This document shows, piece by piece, positions 1 to 7,615 of a stretch of DNA of 30,437 nucleotides. A model generated the notes under the pieces. It was given only the letters and a program-made list of their open reading frames with translations, was not told the DNA's origin and did not search any database. The translations under genes were made by a program, and so were the position numbers. Every line of letters starts with the position of its first letter. Positions within the stretch are counted from its first letter, which is position 1. Source of the DNA: Candidatus Thorarchaeota archaeon (GTDB lineage Archaea; Asgardarchaeota; Thorarchaeia; Thorarchaeales; Thorarchaeaceae). The DNA lies in NCBI GenBank assembly GCA_048882385.1, contig JBHLRQ010000032.1, positions 1 through 30,437 of the forward strand, read 5' to 3'.

Positions 1-131
1 CTGGCTCCGATTACACCGAGGAATTCTCGTTTATTTGCAAAGAAGGATGCTCCCTTCAATGCGTAGAAATCGCCAAAGGCTACCTTGAGATCTATGATAT
101 CGATTTCTCTATGGGTTTCTTTGGTCTCCAT
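1..131 (-). CDS. ABC transporter ATP-binding protein, N-terminal part (runs off window edge)
   Basis: Not in ORF track. Manual translation from ATG at 131 gives METKETHREIDIIDLKVAFGDFYALKGASFFANKREFLGVIGA, a typical ABC ATPase N-terminus leading into Walker A. GGAGGTG RBS lies just upstream, overlapping the previous gene's end. Confidence 0.85.
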   Translation of the reverse strand, partial: METKETHREIDIIDLKVAFGDFYALKGASFFANKREFLGVIGA

Positions 132-132
132 A

Positions 133-3100
133 TCATACACCTCCTACCTTGTCACTGACTCTATCAAACATCCTACGTCCCTCCTCGATGTCTGACATCA
201 GTACTCTCAGAGCCTCAATTTTCTGTACCCTGTCAAGATCTTCTCTTTGAATTAGATCCTCGAGTTGTGTGAAAGCTGCCAGGAGGGTGTTCAGAGTGTT
301 GTCAATTTCTCGGACAAGCTCAGGTTGAATCTCAGGTATCCTGAGTCGTTTCTTCATTCTTCTTCTGTTATAGACTAGTAATCCAATTAGACTTCCAAAA
401 ATACCAATAGACGAAATGAATGCAATCTGTGCCATTGTGAGCCAGACTGGCGGAGGAGGTGGACCAGTAGGAGGTGGAACCTCATAGAGATAGAAGGTGA
501 CACATGCATAAGTCATTGCGTAATCCTCACTCCCAAGAATGAGAAAGATTCCATTGATTCTCCCTGATGACCTCCAGTAACTTGGAGCAAACTGTGACGA
601 ATAAAGTCCGTCTTCGACGAATCCAGCAATGAAGAATGCGAGGCTCCCATTTGGAAGCTCGTATGCTATTGCGACGAAGAGATCATCTACAGGGTTTCCA
701 TAGTAATCAGTCAGCACGAGGTTGACATAGACGCTCTTTCCTGCCTCATACAAAGTTGTATTCTCTGAAAGACTAGTTTCAGCAGTCAGAGTGTTACGAA
801 GCAAGTATTGATTCAAATTGTCCAAAAGCAAGCTGTTGTTACATTTTACGAGATTCTTGTTCATGAAGATTTTTGAAGAACCAAAGATTGCCAAGTCTGG
901 AGTAGTATCGTCAAGCATAACCACACTGTTTCCATTTAGTCGAACCTGAGCATTAGACTGATTGTTCATGACATAGGTGCCTCCGCCTAGCCACATCGAT
1001 TCCAGGCCAGCGCCAAACAATGATGTTGTAACGATATCTGTTGTGTTCTCCTTGTCATGAGTTCCTGCAAGATAGTAGCCATACTCCAACAGAACGGGAT
1101 TCAATACAGTTGTATTCGCATTGTCATCATTGTCTCCCAGTATTATTAGAGTTCCACCATTTGCAGTGAATTCTCTCAGAGTTTCGATTTCTGTTGAATT
1201 GAACTCCTCAGTTGGTGCGATGATGAACACAGTGGAGAATTGTGCTAGCAATACTGGATCCAGCTCCATTCCAGGTGTTTCAATTAGATCTAGACCAACA
1301 TCAGCCATTCTTTTGTCCATGTTTGAAAGACCTGAGAATGTGGTCATTCTGAATGCGTCGAATAGACCTGAGAGTGAGTCTAGACTACCAAGGTCAGTCA
1401 GACTAAATTCTAGACCTTCTGTTGCATCCTCCTGAGGCGGTTCCTCCTGAGCGAGGGGGAAACTCATCCCGCCTGCTTCTCCGGTCAGATTACTTGTGCC
1501 TCCAAACCCTCCCGCATCCCCAAGAAGACTACCAAAGCCGCCTCCATGAGATGTGTCTAGTAGCATCATTGCTCGTGGATATTCAATTACTCTTTCAAGA
1601 GTGATGTTGGTTGTCCATCCAAATTCCGTTTCAAGAACGTAATCACATCTATGATATCCATCAATGCCTATTGGGGGCGCCAGAATAAACAAAGAGAAAT
1701 CATAGAATCCTTCGATTGTGTCTGCACTTGCCAAGGACATATTACCCCAATCAGACGCATTACCATGGTTTGTAATTGTCAGGTTTCCTAGAGATTCGGT
1801 CGTAGACAATACGAAACTGTATAGTCCAAAGTCTGCTGGGAATCGTACATCAAATGGTGCAAATGGGAGTATCTTCGGAAATACTGATGTCGATGATATT
1901 GGCGTTATGATGAACACATCTCGCAGGATGAAATCATCCAATAGCCCCACTGCTGATGTCATTAATCCAGATATGTCGGAAATCAGACCAATGATCTGGT
2001 CTAATCCCGTCGATACCGCCCAAGCTGCTGTTCTAATTCCCTCAGTTTCGGGACGCCACTCAGTGACTAATTTCTTGGCTTTGAAAGGCTCAATGTTTTC
2101 AAAATTGAAATATCTGGCAAACACAGTTCCATTATTGTCCCCTGTTTCAAGCACCAACATTGCACCCAAGGCTGTTGTGTTCTCTTCTCCAATATTCATT
2201 ATGACAGCTGTAGACTGGTATGTGTTTCCTGCCTCAGCAATTCTGGGGACATCTGCTTCGACTACAATCAGGTCTCCTTGGTCTATTGCCCCTTCAGGAA
2301 TGTCATTTTGCCACATTGCATCTATCGAGGCATCAAGGATTGTTCGATTTTCACCAAAACCAAGTGCAATTGTGACATTTACAAGCTCGTCTACATCCAA
2401 CGTACCAAAATCCCATTGAAGGGCAAGACCAACATCTCCGTCAAAGACCGTTGAGTCAGTTAGATTGTTGTTTGAAACATGGTTCGATATCGTGGATGAG
2501 TTGCCAACTTCGAATGCAGAGAGAGGGATACTTGAATTCATTCCCACGTAGAAATTGCCATAGGTTTCTGATAGTCCATATGCAAAGAGTTGCTGATTGT
2601 CCAGGTCATACTTTCCATGATCATTTTCTCCATCAAGATAGAGATCTAATGAATATGACACGTAAAGACTCACGTTTTCTACTGGTTCGTTTCCTATGTT
2701 GAATATGAATGGAGTGATTCGAAATGCTGTCAGAGGGAGAGGTGAGTATGTTGTTAGATTGTATGACTCGACAAGGAAGGTGACATAAATCGAGTCATTA
2801 TGGGACAATACACCAACATACCTGTTGTATGGCATATTTTGTGACGAAGAGATAACTTGATGGAACTCGCTCTTGACATCAAACATCATCAGGTTTGTAG
2901 GATCTTCGTTGTTCCATTTGAGTGAAAACATCCCCATCATAAGATGAATGCCTGAATCCTGAGGATTTCGTTCATCAAGTGCAACAAGAGTTGTTCCAAA
3001 ACTGCTCATCAGCATAGTTGTAGATGCATCTGTGCCACTTGCAGAAATGAGACCCAGAGCAAGCAAAGGTAGACTTGTAGTTCGAGCGTGTGGATCTGCG

Positions 3101-4509
3101 GGAGTCTGCTGAGTACTCAAATAGTCAAAAGCTGCCTGTAAGTTGAGTAGTCCAGCTCCTCCATCATTTGCTCCATATCCAATATTGGTAGCGGTATCTC
3201 GAAGAACATTTGCTAATGTAATTGGAGTTACTCTATCAAATGCTTGTATCAGAATTGCGGCTGCACCAGCTGTTATTGCTGCGGAGGCTGCTGTTGTGTC
3301 CGCAATCGTGTAATTCTCGTCGTATGTTTCACCAATAGATCCGCCCAAGAGTCCTCCAAGACCACCTAGGTCTCCAAGATCACCAAGTCCTATGTCGCCA
3401 AAGCCAAGACCTGCAAGACCTGTAAATGGTTTTGCACCAACAATTCCTACACCTGGAGCAACTAAATCTGGTTTGGTCAATAGTGAGAGTGAAGGTCCTC
3501 TTCCCGAGAAATCTGGTACTCTCTGTAACTTTGTATCGTATGCTCCCACACAGAATGCTGCAGCATTTCCGCCGGGTGACATGACAGTGAGGTAGTCTGG
3601 TCCATCATCACCAGACGCCGCAACCACAAAGATGCCTTTTTTGGCTGCAATCTCCACAGCCTCAGATACCGCATCACCTGGTGCGCCCAAAGTGTTGAAC
3701 GGTAAGAGAATGATGTCCGCTCCTCTGCTGCTTGCCCACTCAATTCCTGATACAATCCAGCTTGGGGCTGCAAAGAGACCTCCAAGAGTCACCTTTGCAG
3801 AAAGCAGGGTCGCTCCTGGAGCGATGCCCGCATACGTTCCATCTGAACTATTCCCTGAATTTACTGCAACTGACGCGGCATAAGTTCCATGCCCAATTAG
3901 GTCAAGCGGCAAAGTATCAGCTTCAACAAAGGAAGCAAATGCAGCCACGCTGAAATCAGTCTGGAGTGGGTCTACACCAGTATCTAGTACGGCAATAACT
4001 GTACCAGTACCATTGTATCCTGCATCCCAGAGGTTTCTTGCTCCAATTCGATCAATTAATGGGATATAATCCCCACTCTCTGAAGCTGTAATTGATGTCG
4101 TCTGAACCTGTTCAATCGGAGTTATTTCGTTGGACCAGATTTTCGTGATGAACGCTTCTTTGGCGAGTTCCATTATGGACTCCCCAAGCATTTTCACATG
4201 GAACATACCAATTGATTCAAAGGAATTGACTAGCTCAGCTGCTTTGTCAGCATAGAGTATCGCATTTTTGGCTTTGAATTCTCCAACTTCTTGGTTGTAT
4301 CCAACTAGAACATCAAGACGTTGATTCAGAGAAGTTTGATTGAGTAGCGATTCATCTATCTTGTCAATAGGTTCAACAAAACTCTGATAGGGATTGATTC
4401 CAACTGCAGGTGGAACCACGGTAAGTCCACTGACTGTGATTATGCACACCAACAGGTATGCTATCACTTTCTGGGTCAAATGATCCACTGTCAGTTTCAA
4501 TCCCTTCAT
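133..4509 (-). CDS. Large membrane-anchored S8/subtilase-fold protein with GIFT-like (GldG/IFT52-type) domain, probably protease-inactive
   Basis: Start moved to ATG 4509 (MKGLK...), just past the upstream gene's stop. N-terminal hydrophobic signal and I9-like prodomain region. VLDTG and GHGT motifs and FSGRGP/KPDLVAPG present, but the GTSMA motif reads TTAAS. Later LLDTSH...IIAPTEEF..EIETLREF..GGTLIILGD alpha/beta domain, Pro-rich linker, C-terminal TM helix, basic stop-transfer and helical tail. Confidence 0.85.
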   Translation of the reverse strand: MKGLKLTVDHLTQKVIAYLLVCIITVSGLTVVPPAVGINPYQSFVEPIDKIDESLLNQTSLNQRLDVLVGYNQEVGEFKAKNAILYADKAAELVNSFESIGMFHVKMLGESIMELAKEAFITKIWSNEITPIEQVQTTSITASESGDYIPLIDRIGARNLWDAGYNGTGTVIAVLDTGVDPLQTDFSVAAFASFVEADTLPLDLIGHGTYAASVAVNSGNSSDGTYAGIAPGATLLSAKVTLGGLFAAPSWIVSGIEWASSRGADIILLPFNTLGAPGDAVSEAVEIAAKKGIFVVAASGDDGPDYLTVMSPGGNAAAFCVGAYDTKLQRVPDFSGRGPSLSLLTKPDLVAPGVGIVGAKPFTGLAGLGFGDIGLGDLGDLGGLGGLLGGSIGETYDENYTIADTTAASAAITAGAAAILIQAFDRVTPITLANVLRDTATNIGYGANDGGAGLLNLQAAFDYLSTQQTPADPHARTTSLPLLALGLISASGTDASTTMLMSSFGTTLVALDERNPQDSGIHLMMGMFSLKWNNEDPTNLMMFDVKSEFHQVISSSQNMPYNRYVGVLSHNDSIYVTFLVESYNLTTYSPLPLTAFRITPFIFNIGNEPVENVSLYVSYSLDLYLDGENDHGKYDLDNQQLFAYGLSETYGNFYVGMNSSIPLSAFEVGNSSTISNHVSNNNLTDSTVFDGDVGLALQWDFGTLDVDELVNVTIALGFGENRTILDASIDAMWQNDIPEGAIDQGDLIVVEADVPRIAEAGNTYQSTAVIMNIGEENTTALGAMLVLETGDNNGTVFARYFNFENIEPFKAKKLVTEWRPETEGIRTAAWAVSTGLDQIIGLISDISGLMTSAVGLLDDFILRDVFIITPISSTSVFPKILPFAPFDVRFPADFGLYSFVLSTTESLGNLTITNHGNASDWGNMSLASADTIEGFYDFSLFILAPPIGIDGYHRCDYVLETEFGWTTNITLERVIEYPRAMMLLDTSHGGGFGSLLGDAGGFGGTSNLTGEAGGMSFPLAQEEPPQEDATEGLEFSLTDLGSLDSLSGLFDAFRMTTFSGLSNMDKRMADVGLDLIETPGMELDPVLLAQFSTVFIIAPTEEFNSTEIETLREFTANGGTLIILGDNDDNANTTVLNPVLLEYGYYLAGTHDKENTTDIVTTSLFGAGLESMWLGGGTYVMNNQSNAQVRLNGNSVVMLDDTTPDLAIFGSSKIFMNKNLVKCNNSLLLDNLNQYLLRNTLTAETSLSENTTLYEAGKSVYVNLVLTDYYGNPVDDLFVAIAYELPNGSLAFFIAGFVEDGLYSSQFAPSYWRSSGRINGIFLILGSEDYAMTYACVTFYLYEVPPPTGPPPPPVWLTMAQIAFISSIGIFGSLIGLLVYNRRRMKKRLRIPEIQPELVREIDNTLNTLLAAFTQLEDLIQREDLDRVQKIEALRVLMSDIEEGRRMFDRVSDKVGGV

Positions 4510-4513
4510 CGAA

Positions 4514-6193
4514 TCACTTCTCAATCGTGCCTTGAATAAGACCTCTTGTGATAGCGACATAGTAATCCACCATGTCTGCCACCGATTTGGTCTTGACAAT
4601 CTTAACTGGAATGTCTTGTTCTTTCAGAGCGGTGACACATCTCTCTGCAATGACCTCAAGAGGTTCATCAGTGAATATCTTGAGGAGTTCGCCTCTCTGA
4701 AGGACAAATCTCACTCCCTTCACCCCTTCTAGTGTCCTACGCGCTCTTGGGTCGACTTCTTCCAGAACTATTCCAACTGCAAATCCTCGTGAAGGCATAG
4801 ATTCCTTCAGTTTGGCTGGACTTCCGAACGCTACGAGACTCTTCCCTCGCATGAACACAGCCACTTTGTCACAGAACTCCGCCTCAACAGGATAGTGCGT
4901 GATGACGATAATAGATGTTCCATACTCTTGATTGATGTACGTCAGATACCGCCAGAGCTCGCTTCGGTTGTCTGGATCCAGTCCACTTGTTGGTTCATCC
5001 ATGAGCAAAACCTTTGGTTTGTGAGCTAAAGCAATACCGATAGAAACTCGTCTTTGTTGACCACCACTCAGCTCTTTGGTCGGACTATTACCTTTCTCTA
5101 AAATACCAAAGTCTCTCAGGAGAGTCTTCCCTCTCTGAATTAGCTGCCACTCAGGAATATCATACTGCTTCCCAAATGCGATAATATTCTCAAGTGGTGT
5201 AAAAGTTTCATACATATAGTCCAGGTCTTGTGGACAGTATCCAAAGAAGTGTCTTACTTTCTGTGTCTGCTTGGAATCAATCCCTGCTATCCTTGCAACT
5301 CCTGTACTCGGAATGTCTCCAATCAGTGCTTTTACAGTCGTAGATTTACCTGCGCCTGATTCCCCGATGATGGCAAGCATCTCTCCTTCTCTGATCGAGA
5401 AGGATACGTTTTCGATAAGTTTCTGGCCACTCTTGACCTTGACAGTCAAATTACGGGCTGCAAGAACATCCCTGTATTCAGGAGCCACTTTCCATGCAAA
5501 GGGCATGATGTAGACTTTGTTGGCAAGAACAGTCAAATTTGGATTAAACCTGGGTCCAACAAGAAGCTGTGGTTGAGCGATATGGTATATCTTGGGGTCT
5601 CCAATATCCCCATCAGGAGCCACTCTCACCTCGAGAGTTCCCTCAGGAAGTATTGGAGCTGGGGCGGTTGATGCTCCAACAATCACTCCTTTGATCATAA
5701 TGGGCAGTTTGTCAGATGCTCTTCTTCCCCATACTGTACAGGCCACCTCTCGGCTCTTCATCTTTTCCAAGTCTTTTACAGCTTGTTGGAGGTCTCCTCC
5801 GTCATAATATAGGTCATCAGCCATGTTTCTCTTCAAGTAGTTCTGAACAGTAATCATGTTTGCTGCAACATCGCCTTGACTTGAACCTTCTCCACCAACA
5901 GTCAAGACATTGTCCAATTCACCTGCCCTCCTCCTACGAAGATCCTCTTCCACATAGACTGCTATTCGTCGAGTTAGAACACCTTTCTTGACCTTCAAAA
6001 CCCGGCCTCTGAACTTCACTTCTTTCCCTGTTGAGCTCAGTTTTCCCTCTACCTCACAGTGGAGCTCTCTATCCTGCCTTGTGATGCACCAATCAATTGC
6101 ATCACCTATGCGTGCACCTGAAAAGTACGCTTCTTCGACAAAGGGTGGTTTCTCTTCATCAAACGGTTTACGACTATCAATATCTTGAATCAT
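4514..6193 (-). CDS. ABC-2-type (DrrA/CcmA-like) ATP-binding protein with ~230-aa N-terminal tandem-repeat extension
   Basis: Walker A GESGAGKS, Q-loop YCPQ, signature LSGGQ, Walker B LLMDEPT, H-loop ITH, and a C-terminal ACT-like tail. Confidence 0.93.
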   Translation of the reverse strand: MIQDIDSRKPFDEEKPPFVEEAYFSGARIGDAIDWCITRQDRELHCEVEGKLSSTGKEVKFRGRVLKVKKGVLTRRIAVYVEEDLRRRRAGELDNVLTVGGEGSSQGDVAANMITVQNYLKRNMADDLYYDGGDLQQAVKDLEKMKSREVACTVWGRRASDKLPIMIKGVIVGASTAPAPILPEGTLEVRVAPDGDIGDPKIYHIAQPQLLVGPRFNPNLTVLANKVYIMPFAWKVAPEYRDVLAARNLTVKVKSGQKLIENVSFSIREGEMLAIIGESGAGKSTTVKALIGDIPSTGVARIAGIDSKQTQKVRHFFGYCPQDLDYMYETFTPLENIIAFGKQYDIPEWQLIQRGKTLLRDFGILEKGNSPTKELSGGQQRRVSIGIALAHKPKVLLMDEPTSGLDPDNRSELWRYLTYINQEYGTSIIVITHYPVEAEFCDKVAVFMRGKSLVAFGSPAKLKESMPSRGFAVGIVLEEVDPRARRTLEGVKGVRFVLQRGELLKIFTDEPLEVIAERCVTALKEQDIPVKIVKTKSVADMVDYYVAITRGLIQGTIEK

Positions 6194-6205
6194 TTCTTCA
6201 CGCTC

Positions 6206-7432
6206 CTATCCTAGAGTTGGCTTCTTTGAGAATATGTACGATGCTAGCAGCATCGCTATCACCGAGAATCCTAGCAATGTTATGATTCTGTCAATCACAT
6301 CAAGTAACGATAGCCCTTTGAATGCTGTATCTACTAACAGACCCATCCCTTGATTCATCGGCAGATAGTTGTCCAGTATACCCACGTCGATGAAGAATCC
6401 TGCCAAAATGAGTGTAGCAAATAACACAAAGAGAAACATCTGATTTGCTTGAAGTCTTGTATTTGCTATTGATGATATCAAAATCCCTGTGGCAGAACCT
6501 GTCAAAGAAGAGAGACTCATTACAATGACAAGCGAAAAGAAGCTCGTATTTAGACTCAGGTCAAATGCTAACACCCATAGAGTGACAAGTAATAGTGATT
6601 GAAAGAATCCGATAATCACGTATCCAAAGACCTTTGCTGTTATGACTTCAAGCCTATTAGTGGGTGTTAGCAACATCCGTCGGAGTGGATAGTCTCCAAC
6701 TATCGATTGAGCGGAGGTCATTGTAATCCCCAAGTAGCTTGAGAATATGACAATGAACGCGCCGAAGACACTCTCAAGATACCCACCTTCAGGTGCAAAC
6801 TCCACAATCGTGCTGGGAAAGACTTCTGATCTTATCCAGAGTTTGGACACTCTGAATAGAACTGTTGCTCCTTGAACGACACCTGAAACTGTTGCAGATC
6901 CTAGAAGGTCATTTCCATCATAATGCACTTCGATGTAGGTTGGCTCGTTAATGGTCAGATTGGCTTCGAATCCATCAGGAATGACAATGTATGCTACTAC
7001 TTCCTTTTCATATAATGCTCTGTAAGCATCTGCAGGATTATCGTAGATTATTACTTCATCCACTATCAACTCTATATAAGCCGTAAAATTCACAGAGAGG
7101 TCTTCTCCTTCATATATTGTTGTTGTGTCTAAATCTACAACTCCAAAGATCAATCCCAATCCAGAGTCTGTATCATTAACTGGTTCACCACCAGGATCTG
7201 TGGTTGTTGTATTAGTATCACCCCCGCCAATGCCCCCTCCTCCTCCTATTCCTCCTCCCATTCCCATTCCTCCGAAACCACTCTCATTTGTAACATATGC
7301 AAGCATACCTATGAGGGCTGCTGGGAGCAGAAATATGAGGAGCAGAGCAACCTTGTCTTTGACAATCAATCGGAGCTCCTTCATCACCATGTTTCTTATT
7401 CGTCTTGATGGTTTGGTGAGAACTTCTGCCAT
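6206..7432 (-). CDS. ABC-2 family transporter permease
   Basis: N-terminal KELR..DK..LLLIFLLP TM, extracytoplasmic domain (VVDLD, YIVIPDGF), five further TMs, RRMLLTP...ITAK motif; adjacent to the ABC ATPase. Confidence 0.92.
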   Translation of the reverse strand: MAEVLTKPSRRIRNMVMKELRLIVKDKVALLLIFLLPAALIGMLAYVTNESGFGGMGMGGGIGGGGGIGGGDTNTTTTDPGGEPVNDTDSGLGLIFGVVDLDTTTIYEGEDLSVNFTAYIELIVDEVIIYDNPADAYRALYEKEVVAYIVIPDGFEANLTINEPTYIEVHYDGNDLLGSATVSGVVQGATVLFRVSKLWIRSEVFPSTIVEFAPEGGYLESVFGAFIVIFSSYLGITMTSAQSIVGDYPLRRMLLTPTNRLEVITAKVFGYVIIGFFQSLLLVTLWVLAFDLSLNTSFFSLVIVMSLSSLTGSATGILISSIANTRLQANQMFLFVLFATLILAGFFIDVGILDNYLPMNQGMGLLVDTAFKGLSLLDVIDRIITLLGFSVIAMLLASYIFSKKPTLG

Positions 7433-7615
7433 TTTGGGCTCCCTCTTTTTTGGTGGCTCTGGATTAGTCTAGGAATTGATTTTTCTTTGTTAACAAAGCC
7501 AAGCTCAGGCTTAACTCTATTAAGGGTTTAGCCACTCTATTCCAGTTCATGGAAAGGGGCTTGGTTCGTTTTTTCGTAATGATTAAAAAACACACCCAAA
7601 CTACAAATAAAGGGC

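Noticed and set aside
1121-3953. Plus-strand ORFs antisense to the large S8 gene (e.g. 1718..2419), and similar shadows elsewhere (14726..15136, 20472..20939, 23168..23692)
   Set aside because: They lie opposite well-supported genes, have Ser/Pro/Thr-rich shadow composition and show no motifs.
4510-4599. First 30 codons of the 1488-aa ORF
   Set aside because: They overlap the ABC ATPase 3' end; ATG 4509 follows that gene's stop and puts the signal sequence near the N-terminus.
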